Notes: generated by a model not told the origin, from the letters alone. A stretch of DNA of 44,603 nt from an uncultured Candidatus Saccharibacteria bacterium (GCA_964385945.1 CAYLQJ010000002.1:1-44603), one strand, 5' to 3'; shown: positions 1-9,040, counted from the stretch's first letter. Numbers and translations: made by a program.

Positions 1-300
1 GCAGCGTTAGCTAAGTAAGCTGCGTTACTGAAATATGAAGCGTTAGTAAGATACGCAGCGTTGGCTAAGTAAGCTGCGTTACTGAAATATGAAGCGTTAG
101 TAAGATACGCAGCGTTAGCTAAGTAAGCGGCGTTTGCCATGTAAGATGCATTTGTAAGATACGCGGCGTTAGCTAAATAAGCGGCGTTGGTCATGTAAGC
201 AGGGTTGGTAAGATAAGCGGCATTGGCAGCGTATGCTCCGTTAGCCATGTATGCAGCGTTGGTAAGATATGCAACATTAGTATAATACGCGGCATTTTGA
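1..300. repeat. 54-bp tandem repeat array (coding), at least 5 units, continuing beyond the window start
   Basis: Units at 1-54, 55-108, 109-162, 163-216 and 217-270, then decaying. Units 1 and 2 differ at a single base (a/g at 9/63). 54 bp = 18 aa = three hexapeptides. Confidence 0.9.
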
Positions 301-650
301 GCATTTGCACCATTAGTGGTATATCCGACAATGGCATTATATGAAGCAATACTAATATGTCCTGCATTTAAATGGAAGCTAGCAACAGCTTTATAATCCG
401 CAGCAGTAAAATTTGCACCTAATGCCTTGTATTGACCAGCAGTAAAAGATCCCCCACTAGCCAAATAGCCAGCTACTGTCGTAAAACTAGCATTACTAGG
501 AACTGAACCAGCAGAGACGTAAGAACCGTTAAAAAGATAGCCTCCGTTAGACAAAGATACATAACAATTGTTACAAGCTAAAACGCTCGTAACCGGCGTA
601 AATAGTATCAAAAATGCTATTAAAATCAGAAAAAAGTCTTTTAATTTCAT
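1..650 (-). CDS. Secreted (possibly lipoprotein) hexapeptide-repeat, beta-solenoid-like protein; N-terminal part only, ORF open at window start
   Basis: ATG at 650-648 on the minus strand. My translation is MKLKDFFLILIAFLILFTPVTSVLACNNCYVSLSNGGYLFNGSYVSAGS..., then repeats such as NAAYLANAAYLTNASYFSNAAYLA. There is no stop before base 1, so it is missing from the ORF track. Hydrophobic signal peptide with a Cys directly after VLA. Confidence 0.75.
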   Translation of the reverse strand, partial: MKLKDFFLILIAFLILFTPVTSVLACNNCYVSLSNGGYLFNGSYVSAGSVPSNASFTTVAGYLASGGSFTAGQYKALGANFTAADYKAVASFHLNAGHISIASYNAIVGYTTNGANAQNAAYYTNVAYLTNAAYMANGAYAANAAYLTNPAYMTNAAYLANAAYLTNASYMANAAYLANAAYLTNASYFSNAAYLANAAYLTNASYFSNAAYLANA

Positions 651-656
651 ACATAG

Positions 657-685
657 AGTATAACATATACTGGACAAAAAGTCAA
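657..685 (-). promoter_or_regulatory. Sigma70-like promoter for the repeat-protein gene (leaderless geometry)
   Basis: The minus strand reads TTGACT (685-680), 17-nt spacer, TATACT (662-657), 6 nt, ATG (650). Confidence 0.45.
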
Positions 686-755
686 GTATATGTTACTTAT
701 TTCTCTATTCTCCAAATCACACAATAAATCTATGAAAATATGCTATATTTACTCT

Positions 756-2687
756 ATGACAAGTAAAAATAAGGATACAAAATCTATAAATAAAGAAGTT
801 GAAGGGATTATATCTATTTCCGGTAAAGGTACTGGATATTTAAGGGTAGAAGGTCAAAAAGAGGACATAGAGATAGACTACAAGCATCTAAATACGGCTC
901 TACATGGCGATAAAGTCAAAGTCGCTATTCTTTCTAAAATTAAAGGTACTACCCATGGTGCCGTCCTAGAAATTTTAAATAGAGTAAAGATGGGATTTTC
1001 TGGAGTCTTAGAAAAAGAAGACGAAGTTTTCTTCTTGAAGCCTGATGACAACAAAATGTACACTGATATTTTGATTCCAGAAAAAATGCTAAATGGAGCA
1101 AAATTAAATGAAAAAGTTTATGTAAAAATAACTTCTTGGAAAGATCACAACAAAGCCCCTATCGGTGAAGTAGTGAAAGTTTTAGGACGACCCGGAGACC
1201 ACAATACTGAAATGCATTCTATCGTCATAGAAAAAGGTTTCGATTTAACTTTGCCTAAGCACGTAGAATCTGATGCAGAAATAATAAAGAAAAAAGGAAT
1301 CACAGAAGAAGATTATAAAGACAGAAAAGATTTTAGAAATACTTTAACTTTCACAATAGATCCATTTGACGCAAAAGACTTTGATGATGCGATATCATTT
1401 AAAGAATTAGGCAAAGACCAATACGAGATAGGTATTCATATTGCCGACGTGAGTTATTATGTTAAACCTGGTACGACGCTCGACGATGAAGCTAAAATGA
1501 GAGGAACTTCTGTTTATCTAGTAGACCGAACAATACCGATGCTACCCGAAATATTATCTAATGATTTATGTTCTCTAGTCCCCTACAAAGACCGACTTGT
1601 TATGAGTGCTGTTTTTGTAATGAATAAAAATGCCGAAGTCTTAAGTGAATGGTACGGTCATAGTGTTATCAACTCTCAAAAAAGATTTACTTATGAAGAA
1701 GCGTATGAAAGTATAAAAAATAAAGATAAAGAATTACATAAAGAATTACATATTTTAAATAATATAGCTCAAAAATTAACTAAAGACCGGTTCGCCAATG
1801 GAGCTGTATCTCTGGATCAAGAAGAAGTGAAGTTCGTACTAGATAAAGACGGCAAGCCTATCAAGGTTATCAAGAAAGAAAGAACTGATTCTTATAAATT
1901 GATTGAGGAGTTCATGCTTTTAGCCAACAGAAAAGTTGCTGAGAAAATGTCTAAAAGTTCTAAAGACAAAGGCGTGTTTATTTATCGTATCCATGATCTA
2001 CCAAACAAAGAAAAAAGTTTTGACTTAGCTACCTTCTTAAAGAGTTTAGGTTATACAGTTAAAATGCAAAATGGAACTATACCCTCTTATGAAATAAATA
2101 GAATACTAGAGAGTCTTAAAAACAAAGACGAGAAAAATACTATTCACAAAGCAGTGATCCGGTCTATGGCTAAAGCAGTTTATTCTACCAAAAATATCGG
2201 CCACTACGGATTAGCTTTTAAACACTATACTCACTTTACTTCTCCAATCAGAAGATACCCTGACGTGATAGTTCACAGATTACTTTCCATGAATCTAAGG
2301 GGCGAGAAAATCACTAAAGATCATATCTCTGAATATGAAGAAATAGCAAAAGTTTCCAGTGAACAAGAAAAGAGAGCTACGGAGGCTGAGAGATCTTCAG
2401 TGAAATACAAACAAGTAGAGTATATGTCGACTAGAGTTGGCGAGACTATGACTGGTATCATAAGTGGTATTAGTGAATGGGGTATCTACGTCGAAGAAAT
2501 AGAAACTAAATGTGAAGGTATGGTCAGAATGAGAGATATGAATGATGACTTTTATGTATTGAATGAAAAGAAAATGGAATTAGTCGGCAAGAAAAAAGGT
2601 AAGAAATTCCGATTTGGTGATAGAATAAAAATTCAAGTTAAGAAAGTAGATTTAGAAAAGAAAATCATAGATTATAGTATTATTTAA
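756..2687 (+). CDS. rnr: Ribonuclease R (RNB-family 3'-5' exoribonuclease with C-terminal S1 domain)
   Basis: RNB motif region TIDPFDAKDFDDAISF and HFTSPIRRYPD. C-terminal S1-like segment GMVRMRDMNDDFY...FRFGDRIKIQVKKVDLEKKIID. The ORF-track start 690 adds a junk-like hydrophobic extension; ATG 756 (or 732) is more plausible. Confidence 0.9.
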   Translation: MTSKNKDTKSINKEVEGIISISGKGTGYLRVEGQKEDIEIDYKHLNTALHGDKVKVAILSKIKGTTHGAVLEILNRVKMGFSGVLEKEDEVFFLKPDDNKMYTDILIPEKMLNGAKLNEKVYVKITSWKDHNKAPIGEVVKVLGRPGDHNTEMHSIVIEKGFDLTLPKHVESDAEIIKKKGITEEDYKDRKDFRNTLTFTIDPFDAKDFDDAISFKELGKDQYEIGIHIADVSYYVKPGTTLDDEAKMRGTSVYLVDRTIPMLPEILSNDLCSLVPYKDRLVMSAVFVMNKNAEVLSEWYGHSVINSQKRFTYEEAYESIKNKDKELHKELHILNNIAQKLTKDRFANGAVSLDQEEVKFVLDKDGKPIKVIKKERTDSYKLIEEFMLLANRKVAEKMSKSSKDKGVFIYRIHDLPNKEKSFDLATFLKSLGYTVKMQNGTIPSYEINRILESLKNKDEKNTIHKAVIRSMAKAVYSTKNIGHYGLAFKHYTHFTSPIRRYPDVIVHRLLSMNLRGEKITKDHISEYEEIAKVSSEQEKRATEAERSSVKYKQVEYMSTRVGETMTGIISGISEWGIYVEEIETKCEGMVRMRDMNDDFYVLNEKKMELVGKKKGKKFRFGDRIKIQVKKVDLEKKIIDYSII

Positions 2688-2689
2688 AA

Positions 2690-4582
2690 ATGAAATTAAA
2701 TGCCAAAATAAAATTTCTTCTCTTTGCTGTATTCCCTATCGTAGGAGGGATATTTTTTGCTTCGTATTTATTTGAGAATTTTCCAAACCAAAAAATACCG
2801 AATAACATAATCGCTCTAAATGAGAGTTTAGAAGCGAGTCCCCTAACGAGTGCAGAAGAAGTTAAAACTGAAAAACAAACATATTTTTATGTTAATAAAG
2901 ATTTAGATCAAAAGATAAACCTTTCATCCAAGAGTTATATCGTTGGAGATTTGAATACTGGCGAGATAATTCTTTCTAAAAATGCCGAAACTAGACTGCC
3001 TATAGCTTCTGTTTCTAAACTCATGACTGCACTCGTGGCTGATGAATTAACCAAAGAAGGCGACGTCGCTAAAGTTAGTAGTAAAGCCTTATCGACTTAT
3101 GGTCAAAATGGAAATTTGAGTAAAGGTGAACAAGTAAAAGCCAAAGACCTTATCTATCCCCTATTATTACAATCTAGTAATGACTCAGCCGAAGTCCTAG
3201 CTGAATTCTGGGGACGTGAATCTTTTATTAAGAAAATGAATCAACAAGCAGAAATCTTGAAAATGATAAATACTTCTTATGAAGATCCGAGTGGTTTATC
3301 CGTCAACAATCAATCGACCGTATCTGATTTATTTAAATTAACCGGATATCTAAATCAAAATAAAAAGAATATTTTAAATATCACCAAGCAAAGAAGTTAT
3401 GCTACCAAAAGACATAACTGGTTTAGTACCAATCAATTCTTGCATAAACCTGAATATCTCGGGGGTAAAAGTGGTTATACTAATCCTGCTAAAGAAACTG
3501 TAATTTCTGTTTTTGATTTACCTCTAGGTAAAGAAACCACTCGCCCTATCGGTATAGTTTTACTTGGTAGTAATGATAGAGTTAAAGACGTAAATACTAT
3601 TCTCAGATATTTAAATAACAACGTTTATTATGGAGGAGAAAAAGATGCCACAGCTGACTGGATCAAAGAGAAATTAAATGTACCTAGTATTCGTGATCCA
3701 GATTTTATCACCTTCTCATTCTTGGGAGATATTATGCTTGATCGTGGAGTTAGAAGTTCTGTGAACAAAAACTTTAATGGAGACTATTCTTCTTTATTTG
3801 AAAAGATGACCGTATTGAAAAAGTCCGATATAGTATTTGCTAACCTAGAAGGACCTGCCTCAGATCAAGGTAAAGATTTGAGAAATTTATATTCTTTTAG
3901 AATGGATCCTTCTACAATACCGGCTTTGAAAGGAGCAGGTTTTAATATCCTTTCTGTAGCCAATAATCACGCCGGAGATTGGGGCCGTGAAGCTTTTATA
4001 GATACCTTAAATAGATTAGATGAGAATGAAATTCGTTATACTGGAGGCGGAGTAAAAAAAGATGCCGAGAGTCCAACTATTATTGAAAAATATGGTATGA
4101 AAATAGGTTTCCTCGGATTCTCAGATGTTGGCCCGCAAAGTCTTGTAGCCAAAGAAGATACTATAGGGATACTCCTAGCGAACAATCCTCGTTATGAAGA
4201 AATAATTAGAAATGCAAAATCCCAAGTGGATTATCTAGTAGTGTCTATTCACTGGGGAGACGAATACAAAACTACAAATAACAAAAGACAAGAAACTCTA
4301 GCTAAAAAAGCTGTCGACGCCGGAGCCAAGTTAGTCATAGGTCACCATCCTCACGTAACGCAAAATACAGAAGTTTATAAAGATAGTCTTATAGTTTACT
4401 CTTTAGGTAACTTTATTTTTGATCAAAAATTCTCTGTAGCCACTATGCAAGGAATGTTACTAGAACTCAAACTTTGGCGCGATGGTAGTATCTACTACAA
4501 AAAGAATACTGTTAAATTAAATAAAGTTTTCCAACCTGATCAAATAATCCAAGGAAAAGAAGAGAAATTAAAAGTACAATAA
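2690..4582 (+). CDS. Fusion protein: N-terminal membrane anchor + S11 D-alanyl-D-alanine carboxypeptidase domain + C-terminal CapA/PGA_cap metallophosphatase-like domain
   Basis: SxxK (ASVSKLMT), SxN (QSSND) and KTG-like (GGKSGYT) motifs in the first ~310 aa. CapA-like blocks follow: FSFLGDIMLDRGV, ANLEGP, SVANNHAGDWG, VSIHWGDEY, IGHHPHV. Confidence 0.7.
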   Translation: MKLNAKIKFLLFAVFPIVGGIFFASYLFENFPNQKIPNNIIALNESLEASPLTSAEEVKTEKQTYFYVNKDLDQKINLSSKSYIVGDLNTGEIILSKNAETRLPIASVSKLMTALVADELTKEGDVAKVSSKALSTYGQNGNLSKGEQVKAKDLIYPLLLQSSNDSAEVLAEFWGRESFIKKMNQQAEILKMINTSYEDPSGLSVNNQSTVSDLFKLTGYLNQNKKNILNITKQRSYATKRHNWFSTNQFLHKPEYLGGKSGYTNPAKETVISVFDLPLGKETTRPIGIVLLGSNDRVKDVNTILRYLNNNVYYGGEKDATADWIKEKLNVPSIRDPDFITFSFLGDIMLDRGVRSSVNKNFNGDYSSLFEKMTVLKKSDIVFANLEGPASDQGKDLRNLYSFRMDPSTIPALKGAGFNILSVANNHAGDWGREAFIDTLNRLDENEIRYTGGGVKKDAESPTIIEKYGMKIGFLGFSDVGPQSLVAKEDTIGILLANNPRYEEIIRNAKSQVDYLVVSIHWGDEYKTTNNKRQETLAKKAVDAGAKLVIGHHPHVTQNTEVYKDSLIVYSLGNFIFDQKFSVATMQGMLLELKLWRDGSIYYKKNTVKLNKVFQPDQIIQGKEEKLKVQ

Positions 4583-4592
4583 AAATAATAAA

Positions 4593-4624
4593 AGGAAGCT
4601 ATAATAACAATAGCTTCCTTTTTG
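4593..4624. terminator. Bidirectional intrinsic terminator between convergent genes
   Basis: Perfect 10-bp stem AGGAAGCTAT / ATAGCTTCCT (4593-4602 / 4610-4619), 7-nt loop, A-run upstream and T-run downstream. Confidence 0.8.
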
Positions 4625-4638
4625 TTTTAACTTATTTT

Positions 4639-5022
4639 TTATTTTGGAGGACCATGATGGGTTTCATTGATTAAATCAAAATATTCTTTGTAATTTTCAC
4701 AAACTCCAGGAACATTACTTTTTTTAAACTCTGAATCATCTTGGTTTTTAAAACTCTCAAGCTCTTTTTGTGCTTTATCTAAATCAGAATAAATTTCTTT
4801 ATCATCTGTTTCAGAAGCAATAATTTCATCTTGCAATGAGATAATTTTTTGATTTTTCTGTACCACAAAATCAAGAACTAAAACAAAAAAGATAACATTC
4901 AGGATTCCTGTAATCCAGGAAACCCAATTTACAATATTAGCTGAAAAAATATTATTTGGATTAATTAAAAAAAAGAAGAAAATCCCAAAATTTAAAAAAC
5001 TTGCTATAACTAAATTTTTCAT
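4639..5022 (-). CDS. Hypothetical membrane protein
   Basis: ORF with two N-terminal hydrophobic segments and an acidic C-terminal half. No motif recognised. Confidence 0.5.
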   Translation of the reverse strand: MKNLVIASFLNFGIFFFFLINPNNIFSANIVNWVSWITGILNVIFFVLVLDFVVQKNQKIISLQDEIIASETDDKEIYSDLDKAQKELESFKNQDDSEFKKSNVPGVCENYKEYFDLINETHHGPPK

Positions 5023-5098
5023 TTCAAAAAATTTAAAAGTGATTAAATAGAACAGTATCTCTTAGAGAGTACAGTAAATAATCCTAAAAATCAAATAT

Positions 5099-7348
5099 TT
5101 ATTTTGCTATAGCTTGAGCTTCGTCGAATTTTACAGACAAGAGCTTGGACGCTCCGTCAGAACCAATAGTAACTCCATAGAGGACTCCCGCACGAGACAT
5201 AGTCTCACGGTTGTGAGTCACTACGATGAGCTGAGAATGACGAGAAAGTTTCTCTAACATATCTCCATATTTACGAGAGTTAGCTTCGTCTAGTGCCGCA
5301 TCGGTTTCATCTAGTATTAGAAATGGCGGTGGATTAACAGAAGACATAGCGAAAAGCAAAGCGATAGAAGTTAAAGAGCGCTCACCTCCAGAGAGAGAAT
5401 GAAGTTCTTTTACTTTTTTATGCGGTAGAGATACATCGATATCTATACCCTCTTCGGTGATAACCTCTTCTTCTATCTCAGGGATAATCTCTTCATCGTC
5501 TATATCAGCAACTTCACTCTTTTTCTTTTTACTCTGAATATATATTACGAGTTCTGCATGACCTCCTCCGAACATAAGAGAGAAAAATTCTTTAAATTCT
5601 TTATTAATCTTTTTGATACCTTCCTTGAATTCAATATCTATTTTTACTTTTAGATCAATTATGAGTTGTTGTAGGGATTCGATACTAGCAGTCAGATCTT
5701 CTATTTCTTTAGCCAAGAATAAATCTCTAGTATTTACTTCTTCGTATTCTTTCAAAATATCTCCCATATTTCCAAGTCCGGAATCCTCAAGTTTGATTTT
5801 GATTCTCTCTATACGTCTCTTTAATTCTTCTTGAGAAACCTTATCAAAAGCTTCAACTATTTCAAATGAAACATAAGAATGAATCTCACTTCCAATCAAA
5901 GCTTCACCTTCTTTGATTTCATTATTAAATGCGTCTATCTCACGGCCAAGATTTTCTAATTTAACTTCACAAATAGATAACTTTGAAGAAAGTTCTTGAT
6001 ATTTTACTTTCAAACTAAACTTTTCTCTCTCCTTGTCGCGTCCTTTATCCATCTCTAATTGCACCGCATCTTTTAAATCTTTAATCACCAATAAAATCTT
6101 TTCTTCTTCAAACTTGATCTTGTTCATCTCATCTAAGACTTGCTTGTGAGCGTTTTCCATCTCCAAGATTTCGCCTTCATCAGAATGCGAATCATGAAGA
6201 TTGCTATTATCTATAGCGTTGAATTTCACAAAAATTCCTTTGATATTACGCAAGATATTTTTTATTTCTGAAATATCTTCTGTCTCCAAAGCAAGATCAA
6301 TAGAAGTATCAACTTCATCTATAATTTGTTTTAATTCGTCTTGATGGAATATCTTTACCTCAGGCATTTTCTCCTTTCTCCATTTGCGAGCTTCTATCAT
6401 ACCTTCAATGCGTCCGAGTTTACGTTCTATCTCGCCCTTAAATCTACGAATATTGGTTATCTCGTGTTCGGCTTTTTTAAGTTCTTCTAGTTTTTGATTC
6501 TCGACGCTATTAACATCATCTAAATCTTCATTGATGAGTATGCTTAATTTGTCTAATTCTATTTTTAAATTCTCGCGCTCTGGAATGAGATTTTTCTTTT
6601 CACTTTCTAAATACACACTTTCTTTTTTCAAAAATTCCACATACAAAGAAGAAAGTTCTACTTTCAACTCTTTCATTTTTTCTAATTTCTCTATTTGCTT
6701 CTTTAGGAATGACAAATGCGGAGCATTTTCTCTTTTGAGTAATACTACTTCTTTGAGATTGTCATTAGAGCGTTCCAGTTTTCTTTCTGATTCTTTTATT
6801 TTATATTGAAATACCTTGAGTCCCAAAGCATCTTCTATCATCTCTCTTTTATCGCGAGCGTTCGCATTCAATATCCTATCAGCCTCTCCCTGAGAAATGA
6901 TATGGTGTCCAGAAGAACCAATATTTACCGAAGCGAGAAGGCTATTAATATCTTTCAATCTAACTTCAGATCCATTTAAAATATATTTATTTAAGCCGTC
7001 CGCATAAACTTCACGAGAAATACTAACCACATCGTAGTTGAGATTTACATCTTCCCCACCGTCGTTTGATAATTTAAATATTCTATCAGTATTATCAAAA
7101 TAAATAGTTGCTGTAGCCTTGGTACCTTTAGGTAAACTCTTGGAACCTTTGAATATTAGATCTACTCCTCCGCGTCCGCGCATGGATTTCATAGATTGTT
7201 CTCCTAACACGAAACGAAAAGCCTCCACGACGTTACTCTTACCTGAACCATTCGGCCCTACAATAGAGACTACTGGTGTATTAAATTCTAAATTAGTTTT
7301 TTTAGAGAAAGACTTGAAACCATTTATTTCTAAATTATTAAGTCTCAT
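5099..7348 (-). CDS. smc: SMC-family chromosome segregation ATPase, unusually short (about 749 aa) with no recognisable hinge
   Basis: N-terminus MRLNNLEINGFKSF...GPNGSGKSNVVEAFRFVLGEQS (Walker A). C-terminus LSGGERSLTSIALLFA (signature) and FLILDETDAALD (Walker B). The ORF-track start 7363 is a TTG; ATG 7348 gives the canonical SMC N-terminus, 2 nt after the rnc stop. Confidence 0.85.
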   Translation of the reverse strand: MRLNNLEINGFKSFSKKTNLEFNTPVVSIVGPNGSGKSNVVEAFRFVLGEQSMKSMRGRGGVDLIFKGSKSLPKGTKATATIYFDNTDRIFKLSNDGGEDVNLNYDVVSISREVYADGLNKYILNGSEVRLKDINSLLASVNIGSSGHHIISQGEADRILNANARDKREMIEDALGLKVFQYKIKESERKLERSNDNLKEVVLLKRENAPHLSFLKKQIEKLEKMKELKVELSSLYVEFLKKESVYLESEKKNLIPERENLKIELDKLSILINEDLDDVNSVENQKLEELKKAEHEITNIRRFKGEIERKLGRIEGMIEARKWRKEKMPEVKIFHQDELKQIIDEVDTSIDLALETEDISEIKNILRNIKGIFVKFNAIDNSNLHDSHSDEGEILEMENAHKQVLDEMNKIKFEEEKILLVIKDLKDAVQLEMDKGRDKEREKFSLKVKYQELSSKLSICEVKLENLGREIDAFNNEIKEGEALIGSEIHSYVSFEIVEAFDKVSQEELKRRIERIKIKLEDSGLGNMGDILKEYEEVNTRDLFLAKEIEDLTASIESLQQLIIDLKVKIDIEFKEGIKKINKEFKEFFSLMFGGGHAELVIYIQSKKKKSEVADIDDEEIIPEIEEEVITEEGIDIDVSLPHKKVKELHSLSGGERSLTSIALLFAMSSVNPPPFLILDETDAALDEANSRKYGDMLEKLSRHSQLIVVTHNRETMSRAGVLYGVTIGSDGASKLLSVKFDEAQAIAK

Positions 7349-7350
7349 AT

Positions 7351-8046
7351 TTAGTCTATCCAATTATTTATTTTTAATGCATTGAGAGCTGCTTGTTGCT
7401 CTGCTTCTTGCTTGGATTGGCCTTTACCTTGCGCTATTAAATCGGCTCCAAAATATATACCAATAGTAAAATGCTTATCATGATCAGGACCTGATTCATT
7501 AATAACTTTATATGAAGGTGTAAAAGCGACATACTCTTGGGCTTTTTCTTGTACTAAACTTTTCGCATCACGCCAAAGTTTTTTCTTTACTATTTCTTCA
7601 GTGTGAATCAAAAGAGTGCTAGCAATAAAATCTTTAGAAACTTCATAACCTTGATCTAAATATACTGCTCCAACATAAGCTTCATAAGTATTCGCTAATA
7701 TATATTGGCGAGCTTTACCGGTATCTTTAGCTTCACCTTTAGACAACAATAAGAAATCGTTCATACCGAGGGTACTTGCTACGTCAGAAATAATCACCGC
7801 ATTTACGAGCGCACTACGAAGAGCAGTCAATTCTCCTTCATCATAATCTTTATATTTTTTATAAAGAAAATCTGTAACGACTAACTCCACCACAGCATCA
7901 CCTAAAAATTCCAATCTTTCATTGTGAGAAAGACCGATATTTGGATTCTCGTTAATATATGAACGATGAATAAAAGCTTGCTTGATAAGATTCTTATCTT
8001 TAAAAATTATTTTTGTTTTTTCTTCAAAATCTGAAAATTGAATCAT
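7351..8046 (-). CDS. rnc: Ribonuclease III
   Basis: RNase III signature ERLEFLGDAVVEL. C-terminal dsRBD-like GPDHDKHFTIGIYFG...GQSKQEAEQQAA. rnc-smc adjacency is a common bacterial synteny. Confidence 0.95.
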   Translation of the reverse strand: MIQFSDFEEKTKIIFKDKNLIKQAFIHRSYINENPNIGLSHNERLEFLGDAVVELVVTDFLYKKYKDYDEGELTALRSALVNAVIISDVASTLGMNDFLLLSKGEAKDTGKARQYILANTYEAYVGAVYLDQGYEVSKDFIASTLLIHTEEIVKKKLWRDAKSLVQEKAQEYVAFTPSYKVINESGPDHDKHFTIGIYFGADLIAQGKGQSKQEAEQQAALNALKINNWID

Positions 8047-8060
8047 ATTATTAAATATTT

Positions 8061-8981
8061 TTATTTCTTTGAAATCACTTCCACAGCTTTAGCAAGTAAT
8101 GGAACGATATCATTATAAATTCTTAATTCTGGTATTTCTCTTAACTCAAACCACCTAGCTCCGTCTAATCCACCAGAGGCTTCTAATACTAATTCTTTGT
8201 ATTCTGATTCAGCAAGGAAATACGCAACGTGCTTTAGAGTCTTGCCCCGTTCTGGATGAGTAGCAACGTATTCATTTTCTCCAAGTTTAGTTATTATTTT
8301 TATATCAAGTCCTATTTCCTCTTTGATTTCTCTGACTGTACCAGCTTCTATATCTTCTGATGCTTCTATTTTACCTTTAGATAAAGTCCAGTATCCGAAC
8401 ACATCATGAACTAAAGCAAAATACACTTTGTCACCTTTTTTAGCATAGACTAGAGCGCCTCCTAATTTCTCTTTTGGTAATTTAGTTATATCTACAGGTT
8501 CATCAGACTTCTTTTTTTTACTAACTTCTTCTTTACCGGGCTCACCTATTTCTTTATACACAGCCCCAAGGACACCGTTTACGAATTTACTAGAATTCTC
8601 TCCACCGAAAGTTTTCGCTAACTCAATAGCTTCATTAATAGCTACTTTTGGAGGTACGTCTTTACGGTCACCAAAAAGAAGCTCGGTTAGACCGATTCTT
8701 AATATATTTCTATCTACCACAGATATCTTCTCTATCGGCCAATCAGGCGCAGCTTTAGTTATGATTTCATCAATCACAGCTTTTTTCTTGAGGATAGAGT
8801 CCACAAGATTATTCACGAAAATATCATCCTCGAGTCCAGGAGCAAATTCTTTTAAATTTCTCTTTAAAGCTTCTTCGATATCTTCTTTAGAAAAAACCTT
8901 AGGATTGTCTTTTGTCGACATAAAATCCCACTCAAAGAGAGTCTGAAGAACTATTGATCTTGAAAGGTGCCTATTTGCCAT
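8061..8981 (-). CDS. nusB: NusB (antitermination factor) fused to a C-terminal Nudix hydrolase domain
   Basis: NusB-like residues 1-145 (RSIVLQTLFEWDF..., DRNILRIGLTELLF, AINEAIELAKTFGGENSSKFVNGVLG), then a Lys-rich linker. Complete Nudix box GKIEASEDIEAGTVREIKEEIGL (G-x5-E-x7-REUxEExGU). Confidence 0.85.
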   Translation of the reverse strand: MANRHLSRSIVLQTLFEWDFMSTKDNPKVFSKEDIEEALKRNLKEFAPGLEDDIFVNNLVDSILKKKAVIDEIITKAAPDWPIEKISVVDRNILRIGLTELLFGDRKDVPPKVAINEAIELAKTFGGENSSKFVNGVLGAVYKEIGEPGKEEVSKKKKSDEPVDITKLPKEKLGGALVYAKKGDKVYFALVHDVFGYWTLSKGKIEASEDIEAGTVREIKEEIGLDIKIITKLGENEYVATHPERGKTLKHVAYFLAESEYKELVLEASGGLDGARWFELREIPELRIYNDIVPLLAKAVEVISKK

Positions 8982-9040
8982 AAATTAATCTAATTAAAAG
9001 TATTAAAACTGCGTAATGCAATATTAAATAAAACCTAAAA

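Noticed and set aside
1-300. Regularly spaced repeats that might suggest a CRISPR array
   Set aside because: The units are contiguous 54-bp tandem repeats with no spacers, and they lie in frame inside a coding sequence. No cas genes are present.
678-692. 15-nt motif AAAGTCAAGTATATG shared upstream of rnr (678-692) and thrS (10951-10965), first considered a common regulatory site for these two genes
   Set aside because: On the opposite strand it contains TTGACT, followed at 16-17 nt by TATACT/TACTAT. It is therefore better explained as the -35 region of the divergent minus-strand promoters.
690-755. N-terminal extension of rnr from the ORF-track ATG at 690. Likewise 10963-11001 for thrS, 21537-21620 for trhO, 27604-27699 for the NTF2-like gene, 44110-44151 for pilM and 13806-13907 for the DUF4406-like gene.
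   Set aside because: The extensions translate to hydrophobic junk. They also overlap promoter elements, a terminator hairpin or the neighbouring gene. Internal ATGs give canonical N-termini.
5099-7348. The short SMC-like ATPase as a defence-system component (Lamassu/Wadjet-type)
   Set aside because: It sits in the conserved housekeeping rnc-smc position with translational coupling. It has canonical SMC head motifs and no nuclease or kleisin-like partner genes nearby.
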